64,000 bases of DNA, taken from the IMG/VR virus record IMGVR_UViG_3300020050_009209. One strand, written 5' to 3'. This DNA is from a virus. Taxonomy: Duplodnaviria > Caudoviricetes. The notes under the pieces were generated by a model. The model searched no databases and was not told the origin of the DNA. It saw only the letters and a list, made by a program, of their open reading frames with translations. The stretch's first letter is position 1; each line of letters begins with the position of its first letter. A program made the translations under genes and the position numbers. Positions 8,155 to 18,610 of the stretch are shown in pieces.

Positions 8155-11100
8155 ATGGGATTCTCGCTAAAAGGTTACGTCTTAGAGAAGCCACGGGTTG
8201 GAGCTTCCAATTCCGCCTATACTAGCTCTCCGGACAACGTGATCTCCGACTCTGGAGCGTATAGCTCCACTTTTGGTTTGGATGAGACAAGTCCTGGACG
8301 GGTGGAGTACCTCACCTCCGTGCTTGTAGATGGCGACCTTGCAAACGCTGAGTTTGGGTGGACGAAGAACGAGTCGTCCTTTCAACGGTTTGAGTTCGAC
8401 GGGGCTGAGCAACGCTTTCGTCCTATGCAGGGTTCGGTTCGACTTGAGGTTGGGACTGTAGACACTACCTCGAACACAACACGATTGAAGCTACCTAAGC
8501 CTACTTTGTCAGCGGCTATAGCGCCTTATCGGCTAGCCGTGGGTAGTGTGGGTAGCGGTACCACGGTGAATATAGTTACCGTAGCGACAGATGGTAACTT
8601 CGGGAGTCCAGTTAGCGGTACCGTCGAGTTGTCCCTAGCCACGGGAAACTTGCACTGGAACACTACAGACCTGGCTACAACGTTCCTAGGCCAGAAGGCG
8701 TTCTTTCAACGTCAGACATTTTACTCCATCAAGGAGTCTACTGGACGTATTGGAGTTGCAGGGGCCTCCTTGCTCCTCAACCCTCTCCCTAAGACAGGAC
8801 AGTTCCCTCTTGTCAGGTTTGGGTTTGGGCTAAGTTTACACCCCATCGAGAGGGCCACGGAGGCTGCGTTCTCTGCGAACCCAGTACAGGGTACAGTTGA
8901 ATGGGCTCTGAATACGGGGCTGCTAAAGTTCAATTCAGTGGACTTGGCTGCGAACACTGGGAAGCCCGTCTACTATGAGGGGGTGTATCTCCAAATTGGG
9001 CTACGTCTTCCCCGTCAGGTCATCGGGACCATTAGCGCCCCCACTGCAATTACAGGACTACCTAGTGATGGGGCGGATCTTGTCTTTCGAGCTGTCCCTA
9101 CCCTTCTAACGGGTACGGCTACGTTTTCAAGCACCACGACTCTTGTGGATGGTGCGGCTAGTTTCATCGTGAATGGAGTTCAGGCTGGGCACATTGCTGT
9201 CTTGACAAGCGGTCCCTACGCTGGAGCAAGAAGGGCTATTGTCTCTGTCACTACAACCCAACTCGTAGTAGCTCCTCCTTTCCCAGCTATCACGGGGGCA
9301 AGCTACAAGATTGAAAAGGGTATCTCTCAGCTCCCTGAGTTTACTCGGACTACCTCATTCAACCTATTCGGTAAGTCAGGGCAGGTACAGGTCAACCCGT
9401 CTACAGGTGCCGTTCAATTCTCATTGTCCGATCAGATTCGATTTGGGGCCCAGTCTGCCGAGGTGGTTTTTGGAGACCTACCTATCGAGCGTGGGCTAGC
9501 TCTTCGCCTCTTTAGAACTCCAGTGGACTTGGCAGCTACGAGCACCACGGTTAAGGACGTAGCAGCTTTCTACCCTACGGTAGGGGCATCCTTGGCTGAC
9601 CCTATTGTAGGGGCGCCTATGGTGTTTCTACCCGTTGCTCCCATTGACGATAATGCCTACCCTATGACGTTTACCGTCGAGCAGGGTACGGGCACCTTTA
9701 CGGGTGCGTTGGCCAGACTAGATGTCCCCTCCCCCACTGCCGGACTGGGCTATACGATCGACTTCGAGGGGAAGCAGTTCAACTTCGCAAAACGAGTAAA
9801 CAACGAAGTTACTCCTATTGCAAGCATCTCTGGGTCGGTCCAGTTAGGTAACCCTTTGGTGTCCAACGCAACCCTGGAGTTGGATCAAGGACTAGGGTAC
9901 ACTCCACTAACCCTAGGGACAGACAGTATTCTAGAGCCGCTATCTGGGGTCGTTACCTTCGTTGAGACCTTAGGTGGAGTTCTGGTGTCGAGTGGGAAAG
10001 GGGTGGTCTCTGCCCTTACTACCCTGACAGACACAAGCGCAAACTTCAGTGGGTTGGTTGCAGGGGATCAATTCATAGCGCTCAATACAGCATCCAAGGG
10101 GGTGTACGACGTTACCGCAGTTACTGGAGCCACCACCCTCACATTCACTCCCCCTTTCCAAGCAAACACTTCTGGGGTGTCCTACGAGGTACGTAGAGGC
10201 AAAGAGATCCTAGTTGACCGCTACTTCAAGGAAGTGTTGCTTGCGGACCCGAACACAAAGGTGGAAAAGCTTCGGGGTCTTGGGGCTATCTCGAACTCCC
10301 CTCGCCTAAGCATCCCACTGGCTTACTTGAATGTCTCTAGATTCCGACTGGCTCTTGAATTCCTCACCCTGAGTATCGTTGCGAATGACGCTGCGTTTAC
10401 GGCCCCAGCGTCTCTTGCTACAGGGACTGTGCAGATTAGTCAAACTACGGGAAACCTGAACTTCAGTCAGGTCGACGTGGCAACAGGTCAGACGGTCTAT
10501 TGGGCTAGAAAGCTAGTGCAGGGGCAGGAGTATCGAATTGAGCCAGAACTTGGGTTCATTCAGACTACTGAGCGGCTACTAGCTTTGGATGAGCTGTACA
10601 TCACGTATAGCTCGACTCAGGATAGCCCCTCCGTTCCGTTTGAAGAACGAGGTACGTTCCTAGTTCGAAAAGAGTTGGTCGTTCACCCAGAGCCCACGTC
10701 CAAGGTGCGCTACAACTTGTTGGGTCGAAGTGTAGCTTCGGTCCCTCCCCCCTCTGTGTTTCGAGGAGGTAGACCGCAAGACGGATCTCAGATCGAAGCT
10801 ACCAATCTTTCGATTACGTTTTTGCCTGATGTCGTGCCGACCGTGGGAGGGGAGGAGCGGGTAACAGACGCTCTTCCCCATGGAGAGATTGTCCAACCCC
10901 ATGAGAGAATCTATGTAGACTACTTTGTGTACGATGCTATTGGAGGGGAGAACACAACCACGGTTCTGAAGCCCTCCATTAATCTAGCCAAAGTGGTGAT
11001 TACAGAGGGCGACTCCACGTTTAAGGTAAAGGGAGATCGTACTCTCGACTTCCCCGCAAATTACCTTCTGCGCATCGAGACAGAGCAAGCCTACTACCTC

Positions 11101-14100
11101 AGTGGGTCTACTTACAACGCTACCACGGATGAGACTACCGTAACGCTTTTGAGCCCTCAGGTATTTAGAGACTCCTACACTCAACCTCGGTTGTACCTGT
11201 CTTCCGGGGTCATGCGGACTACCAGCGCATTTCTACAGCCAGCCTACTTCACACTAGAGTCAGCTGTTTACGATGGTATCCCTCGTGGGATGAATCGATT
11301 TAGGCTGCAAGGGGATAGGACCCTTTCCTATGCAGCTGGGGTAGCACTACACTTCTCACAGGTATCTCCATCCGTTAACGACTTCTATCTCGTAAGTGGG
11401 TCTACGTACGACCCGACTCTCGATCGAACGGAAGTTGTTCTGACTCAATCGACAGCAAGGCAGTACACCTCCCACACTCTTCGTAGGGCTGTTCGGCCCC
11501 TACTAGAGGCGACTGCAAAGACCGTCAACACCAGCACTCCTCCTGCAATCCCCCCACCCCTCACATCCATTCTGGACAGCGTAAGGGTATTTCGTAGGGT
11601 AGAGGGTCAAGCCGGGCAAATTCTAGCCTCTCCGCTCGACTTCACCATCAATAACTCAGGGGTTGTCACCTTCAACACTCCGTTGAAGCCTAGTGAAGAG
11701 TTCTCGATCTTCTACACAAGGCATCGATTCATCCAACCAGGGCAACTTCGAGCGTCCTATACGGCATCCATTGCTCCTAACTCTGCAAATGGCCTTGAGA
11801 ATCAGGTCCTTACGGCCAACTTTACGGCCCTATCTCCAGACTCCTTTTACTTCCGAGTGGAGACCCTCACAAACTTCCGTGGGGAAGTAGCTAAGAAGTA
11901 CAAGGCGGATGCAAGCGCCTCGGCTCCATCGAGTGGCCCTAGGGTGGATAATGCTTCTCAGCCTAAGCTATACGAGCAGGGGCAGAAGTCAGTTTACTTT
12001 GATGAGGGTTACTTGTTGAATGAGGACTTGGTAGCACGAGCTTCCCTCAAGTTCTACAACGACACTGTCAACTTCCTTGAGGACTTGCTACGTAATATGG
12101 ATGGTCGTGTAGTGGGGGACTACGACGGTAAGCTGAAGTTTGACGGGACGACTGGGGTCCTAGTGACTGACTTCTCCCTAGCCACAAACCAGATTGACGA
12201 TACGTTCAAGATCTCTGGGTTCCCAATCAACTTTACGCCACCTTTGTTCCCATTCAAGTTCGTTGATACCTACATCAAAGCCTACAAGCCGAACGCAAAG
12301 AGTAGGTTCTTCCCTACGTCTCGCAATCGATACGGGTACACAGTGGTGGGTCTGAATACGGCTGCTGAGACTGGCGCCCAAATGGTAGACCTGGGGTCGA
12401 AGAACATCACGGGCACAGCGCCTGTAGCCTCACGTAGGATACCTAGGGCGCGTGTTGTGGAAGCAGCGGCAGCTGGGGCGACCATCCTGAAGGTAGATAC
12501 GACCGCTGCCTTTACGACCGAGCCAGGCCCCTACCGTCCTGCCTTCGTGACTGGCATGAAGGTGGTGGTACGGGACCCTTCAGGGGCTTACCTCGTGACG
12601 GAGCTTTTTCCGTCAACTGTAACCGTGAGTGGAGCCGACACGCTAACTCTAGCGCCTGGAGTCGTTGGGGCTGTTCCTGTTGGGTCTACCGTACATCTTG
12701 GCGTACTCGATAGCTCCTACCAGAAGAACTTCCGGATTGGGTTTGACGTGGGGTTGGATGCTGAGAAGGGCTACCTACTGTACACAAAACCATTCTTCCC
12801 GTTTGATGGGACTGTCCCTGCTATCTCGGCTGAGCTGAGGGTTCAGGACGTAAACTCTCAAGAGCTACTTCAGACCTCCATCACGGTCTCAAACTCCAGT
12901 ACAGAGCCGGAGAAGTTTCCTTGCCTGCTGGGTAAGGCATTTGATGACGATGGAGATCAGAGACTTCCGCTAATCAATCCTAGCTACCTGAGGGAGACCG
13001 CCCCCCTAGCCGAACCTGGTACCACCAAACCAGCCTACTTGAATCTTGAGCAGACAGCCTTGAGTGACGGTGCAGCTAACGCGGTAAATCCATTCACTGG
13101 GGTAGGTACACTCAACGTAGCGAGAACCATCATTACGAACCCAGTGAACTTCCCAGTTCCAGTTCCTCAAACTGGAGACCTTGTTAGGATTACTTCTGGG
13201 TTGAATGGGGTGACTGACTTCCGTAGGGTGAGTGCGGCCACCCTGAATACGATAACCGTAGATGTGCCATTCTCGGTACAAGATGCTGGGTTCAATTACC
13301 TTGTAACCACAGCTGCTAACCTGGTTACAGGCACGATAACTGTCATGGCAGGAGCCGTAGTAACGGACGCTCTTGTAAACTTCGTAACGGCTGGAGTAAA
13401 GCCTGGACAGACCATCGTCCTAACTCAACCTGGCCACTTGGCAGAGCTTGAACGGAGACAGGTACTCTCCGTTACAACGACTCAGCTTACCTTGACAGCT
13501 CCATTTTCTAGCTTGGTTACCCCTGCTACGTATCGAGTACATAACCCAGTCAACACTTACAGCTCTACGACACTAAGCTCGAACCTAGCAAGTCAGGTTG
13601 CCATCCTATCCACAAACTCGGATAGCGAGTTGAATTCGATAGACAACACGTACAATCAAGTATTTACGGATCGGCTATCTCCCACAGTGGCATCAGGTAC
13701 GGCTACTGCGGCAAATACTCTTGTTGGAGTGGGAGTTGATTTCCTTACCTCAAAGGTAGCGATAGGGGACTTTGTGTATGTGCAGCCAGGACAAGCGAAC
13801 GAGGGGATCTACACGGTTGGGGAAGTGGTGAACTCAACCACACTGAAGATCAGTGAGTCCCCAGGGTTCACTAGTCTCGTAGGGTTGACGTTCCGAGTCG
13901 CAAAGTCCTTCGGCCTAGGGGGGCAGGGGTTGAAGGACTTGTTTGATGTGCGTAAGAGCACTGCAACTTACCTACAAGCAATTCAGACTTGGAATAGCCT
14001 AGTAACGACCCCGGTAAGTGTGCTAGTCCCTCCTGGGACTGTAAATGCTACCTACTTCGCGAGAGCTTACACGCTAGCTGATTTCACAAGTAGAGGTACA

Positions 14101-14334
14101 TCCGTCACAAATCGCAAGACCTATCTAGACAATACGGGGATTTCAACGGTAGAGAAGGTCCTGTCTTCTGGGGACCGCCTATACGATGCACGTTTCGCTT
14201 GGATCGACGCTAGAGTTAACCTGGAAAAGGGGATCATTGTCAAGCAGGAGCGAGCAGTCTCAGACCGACTTAAAGCTCAGGCTGAGACCCTGAAACAACT
14301 AATCAAGCTACTTACCGTAGAGGAAGGTACCTGA
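8155..14334 (+). CDS. Giant baseplate/tail structural protein (2059 aa), repeated beta modules, helical C-terminus
   Basis: GAGG SD upstream; Thr/Val/Gly-rich with internal repeats; lies within the baseplate operon. Confidence 0.7.
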   Translation: MGFSLKGYVLEKPRVGASNSAYTSSPDNVISDSGAYSSTFGLDETSPGRVEYLTSVLVDGDLANAEFGWTKNESSFQRFEFDGAEQRFRPMQGSVRLEVGTVDTTSNTTRLKLPKPTLSAAIAPYRLAVGSVGSGTTVNIVTVATDGNFGSPVSGTVELSLATGNLHWNTTDLATTFLGQKAFFQRQTFYSIKESTGRIGVAGASLLLNPLPKTGQFPLVRFGFGLSLHPIERATEAAFSANPVQGTVEWALNTGLLKFNSVDLAANTGKPVYYEGVYLQIGLRLPRQVIGTISAPTAITGLPSDGADLVFRAVPTLLTGTATFSSTTTLVDGAASFIVNGVQAGHIAVLTSGPYAGARRAIVSVTTTQLVVAPPFPAITGASYKIEKGISQLPEFTRTTSFNLFGKSGQVQVNPSTGAVQFSLSDQIRFGAQSAEVVFGDLPIERGLALRLFRTPVDLAATSTTVKDVAAFYPTVGASLADPIVGAPMVFLPVAPIDDNAYPMTFTVEQGTGTFTGALARLDVPSPTAGLGYTIDFEGKQFNFAKRVNNEVTPIASISGSVQLGNPLVSNATLELDQGLGYTPLTLGTDSILEPLSGVVTFVETLGGVLVSSGKGVVSALTTLTDTSANFSGLVAGDQFIALNTASKGVYDVTAVTGATTLTFTPPFQANTSGVSYEVRRGKEILVDRYFKEVLLADPNTKVEKLRGLGAISNSPRLSIPLAYLNVSRFRLALEFLTLSIVANDAAFTAPASLATGTVQISQTTGNLNFSQVDVATGQTVYWARKLVQGQEYRIEPELGFIQTTERLLALDELYITYSSTQDSPSVPFEERGTFLVRKELVVHPEPTSKVRYNLLGRSVASVPPPSVFRGGRPQDGSQIEATNLSITFLPDVVPTVGGEERVTDALPHGEIVQPHERIYVDYFVYDAIGGENTTTVLKPSINLAKVVITEGDSTFKVKGDRTLDFPANYLLRIETEQAYYLSGSTYNATTDETTVTLLSPQVFRDSYTQPRLYLSSGVMRTTSAFLQPAYFTLESAVYDGIPRGMNRFRLQGDRTLSYAAGVALHFSQVSPSVNDFYLVSGSTYDPTLDRTEVVLTQSTARQYTSHTLRRAVRPLLEATAKTVNTSTPPAIPPPLTSILDSVRVFRRVEGQAGQILASPLDFTINNSGVVTFNTPLKPSEEFSIFYTRHRFIQPGQLRASYTASIAPNSANGLENQVLTANFTALSPDSFYFRVETLTNFRGEVAKKYKADASASAPSSGPRVDNASQPKLYEQGQKSVYFDEGYLLNEDLVARASLKFYNDTVNFLEDLLRNMDGRVVGDYDGKLKFDGTTGVLVTDFSLATNQIDDTFKISGFPINFTPPLFPFKFVDTYIKAYKPNAKSRFFPTSRNRYGYTVVGLNTAAETGAQMVDLGSKNITGTAPVASRRIPRARVVEAAAAGATILKVDTTAAFTTEPGPYRPAFVTGMKVVVRDPSGAYLVTELFPSTVTVSGADTLTLAPGVVGAVPVGSTVHLGVLDSSYQKNFRIGFDVGLDAEKGYLLYTKPFFPFDGTVPAISAELRVQDVNSQELLQTSITVSNSSTEPEKFPCLLGKAFDDDGDQRLPLINPSYLRETAPLAEPGTTKPAYLNLEQTALSDGAANAVNPFTGVGTLNVARTIITNPVNFPVPVPQTGDLVRITSGLNGVTDFRRVSAATLNTITVDVPFSVQDAGFNYLVTTAANLVTGTITVMAGAVVTDALVNFVTAGVKPGQTIVLTQPGHLAELERRQVLSVTTTQLTLTAPFSSLVTPATYRVHNPVNTYSSTTLSSNLASQVAILSTNSDSELNSIDNTYNQVFTDRLSPTVASGTATAANTLVGVGVDFLTSKVAIGDFVYVQPGQANEGIYTVGEVVNSTTLKISESPGFTSLVGLTFRVAKSFGLGGQGLKDLFDVRKSTATYLQAIQTWNSLVTTPVSVLVPPGTVNATYFARAYTLADFTSRGTSVTNRKTYLDNTGISTVEKVLSSGDRLYDARFAWIDARVNLEKGIIVKQERAVSDRLKAQAETLKQLIKLLTVEEGT

Positions 14335-14338
14335 CGCC

Positions 14339-14542
14339 ATGCCGGACACAAAAGAGGAAGCTACTGAGGCAGAAGTACCTAAAGAGGAGGCACCCAAGGA
14401 GGCCCCTCCGAATTGGGAGTACAAGACAGACTTTGCCATCAATACCAAAATGAGGGAGGTGGTAGCGAAGTCCATTGAGGCGTCTGAGCTAGAGCTAGCG
14501 GGGCTTCTACGTAAGCTTGACAAGTTGACTTACGGAAGCTGA
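14339..14542 (+). CDS. Small hypothetical protein (acidic N-terminus, helical C-terminus)
   Basis: 67-aa ORF filling the gap between two large genes. Confidence 0.6.
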   Translation: MPDTKEEATEAEVPKEEAPKEAPPNWEYKTDFAINTKMREVVAKSIEASELELAGLLRKLDKLTYGS

Positions 14543-14548
14543 GGATTC

Positions 14549-16696
14549 ATGTCTGATTGGGCTGAGTTTGCGATAAAGATCCCAGGAAAAGACCTCCTCG
14601 AAGGGGTGAGGACGATCCTTGAGACGCTCCTCATTTTCCTGGAGATTCTCAAGGTCATTCTTGAGACCATTTCGCTGTTCCTGATCGACTTCGGGAACCC
14701 TCTTCGCCTACTCATTGAAGCACTGCTGGCTTTGATTCTTCAGCTATTCGAGAGTCTAAAGCGGACTGGGTTGTTCGGGTACTTCGACATACCTAACCCG
14801 CTTCAGGACCCTGGGTTCGATCGATTCAAGGGGGGCTACCAAGCCTTCACAGAGCGCTTCAAGTCTTCTCTGTTCGACAGTAAGGACCCCTTCCGACCTC
14901 AGCCACTTCCTGGAGCGAACAAGAGTGGGTTTGTACTCATCGTGGCGGACGCTGAGTCTGTATTTGGCATGTTGCGGCTTATCAACATCCTCATGCGATT
15001 CTTCGGTAAAGAGCTACTCTCTCCTCAGTACACGGCACCTGCCAACCTGAAGATATTTCCTGCTGGTCAGAAACCTGGAAGCAATAGCGTAGACGCTCTG
15101 CTTCAGGTGGCTAGTGTGTTCGGTGCTCAATTGAAGGGGTTGTCTATCTCCTGGTCCCTGGCTACAAATCAACTTCCACCAGATCCAGGGTTCAATGACC
15201 TCCTAGCTTCGGTTGGAAACGAGTTTATCCCTCAGAAGTGGCTCATTGAGCGGACTGGTCGTGAGGGTGGGCCAGAGATTCTAACCAAGACGTCAGCTAC
15301 AAACTTCGAGGATAAGAAGGGTAAGCTGATTAAGCGGGAGCAGCGTATCCGCGATGAACAAGGGGACTACTTCCGTAAGTTTGAGAAGTACATCGTACTG
15401 GATGCGAGTACCAACACAGCATCTTACCTACTCGGTCAACTAGGCACCTTTAGGTACATTGACGAAGATGTTACTAAGGATAAGACCTACTACTACAGAG
15501 TAAGGGCATTTAGCGGGGACTTGAAGGTCAGCAGTAGCGGGACCATTAGCCTACCGGCACCCATAGAGGACATGAAGACGAAGGACCTTATCCAAAAGTG
15601 GCCGGGTAAGGATGTCATCATGGGGCGTCCGTCAGGGATCGTTACGGGAAGAGTTCCTAACATCCCAACGGACTTCGACGTACTTAAGGTACTTAAAGCC
15701 ACCTTTAGAATGGCTTTCGCTCTCGGGTTCCACTTGGAGCTTAGTCCGGATGCGAAGTTCGATGATGATGGAAATGCCATCCTAGGTACTAGTTCGATCC
15801 AGATAGGAAGGGGGTCTCTTGCGAATCTTGCAGGCCCGCTTGGTAGGCTATCCCCAGATACAGAGTTTGCTGCGCTCTTTGGAGCTGGGTTCTCCGATGC
15901 GGGTACTCAAGCAATCGTTGAGCCAGACCCGGTAACTGGTAAGTACCCAGATGTGACTCACAACTACTTCAGCGTCAAGGCTCAGGCTGCCAGGCTAACC
16001 ACAATGGTTGCACAGGCTATGCTGGACAATAGTGGGATGCTCATCCCACTTAAGGACCTCTATCAGAGTACCATTCCAAAGCCAGTGAGTGGCGAAGGGT
16101 ACTTCTCTAGCGGTATCACGACGATTGAGAAGATGGTTCTCCAGTTCGTCAACCTTCCAGACAACTTCCCAGATGCGTATGACGTTAAGGTCTACGAGAC
16201 CTACGGGTTTGCTTACACGGACCCGAACACAAGGCTAAATCTGCTGACAGCAGTGCAGTTCATTAAGTCCTTCACGTTAGGTGGGACGCCCCCCAACTGG
16301 ATTCAGGTCAGCTTGCTACGGGACATCATCCCATGGTCGGGGCAGTTCATCTACGACCTCTTGGCCAGGATTGACGCCCTCCTTGACGCTTTCAAAAGTG
16401 CGCTCAGTGAGCTGAAGGCCTTCATCGACCTACTGATTCGCAAGATCGATGTCATGGAGAGGTTCATCAAGTTCCTCATTGAGATCCTGAATTACCTGGA
16501 CAACTTCTCCGTTGGGTTCTACTTCTTGGCGCTACCTAACACGGATCGTGGCATCCCAGGTTGGATTGACGCTATCGACAATGCAGGAGGAACTCGACCT
16601 CCCTCTGGTCCTGGTGGCTATACCGCTGGTATTGCCCTCGCTTACGCGGGTCCCAATGTGGACGCTTTTGCAACCGCTTTTGGTCTTATATTCTAG
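14549..16696 (+). CDS. Hypothetical virion protein with FN3-like core and hydrophobic/amphipathic terminal helices
   Basis: GAGG SD; FN3-like YIDEDVTKDKTYYYRVRAF; Leu/Ile/Phe-rich helices at both ends. Confidence 0.65.
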   Translation: MSDWAEFAIKIPGKDLLEGVRTILETLLIFLEILKVILETISLFLIDFGNPLRLLIEALLALILQLFESLKRTGLFGYFDIPNPLQDPGFDRFKGGYQAFTERFKSSLFDSKDPFRPQPLPGANKSGFVLIVADAESVFGMLRLINILMRFFGKELLSPQYTAPANLKIFPAGQKPGSNSVDALLQVASVFGAQLKGLSISWSLATNQLPPDPGFNDLLASVGNEFIPQKWLIERTGREGGPEILTKTSATNFEDKKGKLIKREQRIRDEQGDYFRKFEKYIVLDASTNTASYLLGQLGTFRYIDEDVTKDKTYYYRVRAFSGDLKVSSSGTISLPAPIEDMKTKDLIQKWPGKDVIMGRPSGIVTGRVPNIPTDFDVLKVLKATFRMAFALGFHLELSPDAKFDDDGNAILGTSSIQIGRGSLANLAGPLGRLSPDTEFAALFGAGFSDAGTQAIVEPDPVTGKYPDVTHNYFSVKAQAARLTTMVAQAMLDNSGMLIPLKDLYQSTIPKPVSGEGYFSSGITTIEKMVLQFVNLPDNFPDAYDVKVYETYGFAYTDPNTRLNLLTAVQFIKSFTLGGTPPNWIQVSLLRDIIPWSGQFIYDLLARIDALLDAFKSALSELKAFIDLLIRKIDVMERFIKFLIEILNYLDNFSVGFYFLALPNTDRGIPGWIDAIDNAGGTRPPSGPGGYTAGIALAYAGPNVDAFATAFGLIF

Positions 16697-16720
16697 CTGT
16701 AGCTATGAGTGGAGGGTCAT

Positions 16721-17470
16721 ATGCCGTTTGAGTGGTTAGGAACCTTCAATCGCAGTCAATTTGACCGACTTACGGCTTACGCTAGAGATCAGCTTGCGCA
16801 CATCGATGCGAGAATCTCTCACTTAACCTATGAGCAAATGCGCATAGGGTTCCTGAAGTTCTCCTACAACTCTGCGGGCAAGCCTACCGCGTACTCCACA
16901 GGGTCGAACGGAGGTTCGCCTACGTACATCGGTAAGTTGATGGGAGCCTACGAGGCTATTGGAGGAGACCCATTTTTTGATTTGCAGACTCGTGCAATGG
17001 TGGACCAACCCGTGTACTACCCACGAGGTACTGAGACGGCTGCGACCAAGGTTCTCTCGAACGGAGAACCCCTACCTCAAAAAGGACTAGCCGATGCTCC
17101 TTCAGCTAATCTTAGCCAGCAGATGCGATCTTGGCTACATGCTACACTAGAGCGTAGGGCAAGACTCGAACGTAAGATTCGAAGAGCTTTGGATTACGGG
17201 GATCAGTTGCAAGCGGAGATTGAAAACTTGCAACTCCTAAAGAAGGGGGCTGCTACCACTGGTTCATTTGAGAACCTTGTTGCAGAGATAGGTCACCTTA
17301 TCTCAGATCCCAACTACAGAGCGTTGGGGGATGACAAGGGAGGCGACCCTCATGGTAAGCTGGCGTACGCTCCTATGGCCTCCTACGAGCCAGGAGAGGG
17401 TCGTGAGGCTCCTGATGGCCTGAACGTAGAAAAGACGGCCAAGGGCTACTCTGTCTCAGGAAGTGGGTGA
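16721..17470 (+). CDS. Hypothetical helical protein
   Basis: ATG at 16721 is preferred over GTG 16709 because GGAGG lies at 16711-16715. Contains coiled-coil segments. Confidence 0.6.
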   Translation: MPFEWLGTFNRSQFDRLTAYARDQLAHIDARISHLTYEQMRIGFLKFSYNSAGKPTAYSTGSNGGSPTYIGKLMGAYEAIGGDPFFDLQTRAMVDQPVYYPRGTETAATKVLSNGEPLPQKGLADAPSANLSQQMRSWLHATLERRARLERKIRRALDYGDQLQAEIENLQLLKKGAATTGSFENLVAEIGHLISDPNYRALGDDKGGDPHGKLAYAPMASYEPGEGREAPDGLNVEKTAKGYSVSGSG

Positions 17471-18606
17471 CCGTGAGCTACGATCGCCAAATAGACCAGT
17501 TGTGCCCACACCTCGTAACTGAGGAGTTACTACTCGTTCGTACGGATGGGCAGACGGTAATTCCGTTGAGGCCCATTGCTTCTGCAAACTCTGTTACCGT
17601 AAGGCTAAACGGAGAGTTGGATGTCCCATTCTCAGGGGTCCACCTTCCAGCTCAATCTGGTGGAACGAAGGAAGGTCCATTTGACATTGTAGCTGGAGTG
17701 AACAACATCCTGGCCCTTCAGGTGAATTCGGGGGTAGAGCAAGTTGCTACCCTGCCTACGACCAAAGGGATGTCTGCTCAGAAGTTGGCTATCGCACTGA
17801 ATGCTGCTCTTCAGGGAGTCCAATTCTATGCTGATCGTAACTTCCTCAAATTTCGCTCTAGCCTGTCCGGACACGACGCCACAATTTACATCAAAAATGG
17901 CAGTACTCTTGCAGGTACCGTAGGAATCAAGTCGAATAGGTTGTACCAAGGGAAGCAGATTGCTCCTGGGTGGTCTCTCATCAACGACCCAAACACGCTG
18001 CAAGATAGGCCAACTCGGCTTGTAATCTTTGATGAGGCGCTACGTGGGTTCCAAGACTTCGCTGAGTTGAACTACACCACAATTCGTCAGGAGTGCCGTC
18101 GTTGTGGTGGAATAGGCACAGAGAATGATTGGCGGTACGATACGGATGGGAAGGTCATTGAGCTACGGCAAGAGAGCCTTCTAATCCAAGAGCTGACCAA
18201 GGTGGTCTACACGGCCAGAGGGAGTAACCCATTCCATCCTTGGTATGGTACACTCATCACTGAGCAGATTGGGCAGAAGATTACCTCACGCGGTCTCATC
18301 CAGAGTACGATTACCGCAGATATAAAGACTACATTCACCCGATGGCAGTCGATTAAGCGGCAGCAAGAGGAGAACAGCGGGCAGTTTGTTTCGGATGAGG
18401 AGTACCCCTTTAGGTTGAATGAAGTACTACTGGAGCAAAGTCAGCGGGACCCTACAGTGATGTTTGTGACCGTGAACGTTCAGAACAGGTCCTTAAAGCC
18501 CGTACAACTTACCAGAGGCCTTCGACTTCCAACCTCTCTTGACTTGTTGGGTTTGAATACAGACCAGCGTCGCACCACTCTAAGTGAGTACTCTTCGATA
18601 GGTTAA
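17467..18606 (+). CDS. Baseplate wedge / sheath initiator gp25 (GPW)-like protein with N-terminal extension
   Basis: C-terminal LLIQELTKVVYTARGSNPFHPWYGTLI matches the gp25/GPW signature; directly upstream of baseplate J. Confidence 0.75.
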   Translation: MTVSYDRQIDQLCPHLVTEELLLVRTDGQTVIPLRPIASANSVTVRLNGELDVPFSGVHLPAQSGGTKEGPFDIVAGVNNILALQVNSGVEQVATLPTTKGMSAQKLAIALNAALQGVQFYADRNFLKFRSSLSGHDATIYIKNGSTLAGTVGIKSNRLYQGKQIAPGWSLINDPNTLQDRPTRLVIFDEALRGFQDFAELNYTTIRQECRRCGGIGTENDWRYDTDGKVIELRQESLLIQELTKVVYTARGSNPFHPWYGTLITEQIGQKITSRGLIQSTITADIKTTFTRWQSIKRQQEENSGQFVSDEEYPFRLNEVLLEQSQRDPTVMFVTVNVQNRSLKPVQLTRGLRLPTSLDLLGLNTDQRRTTLSEYSSIG

Positions 18607-18610
18607 GCAC

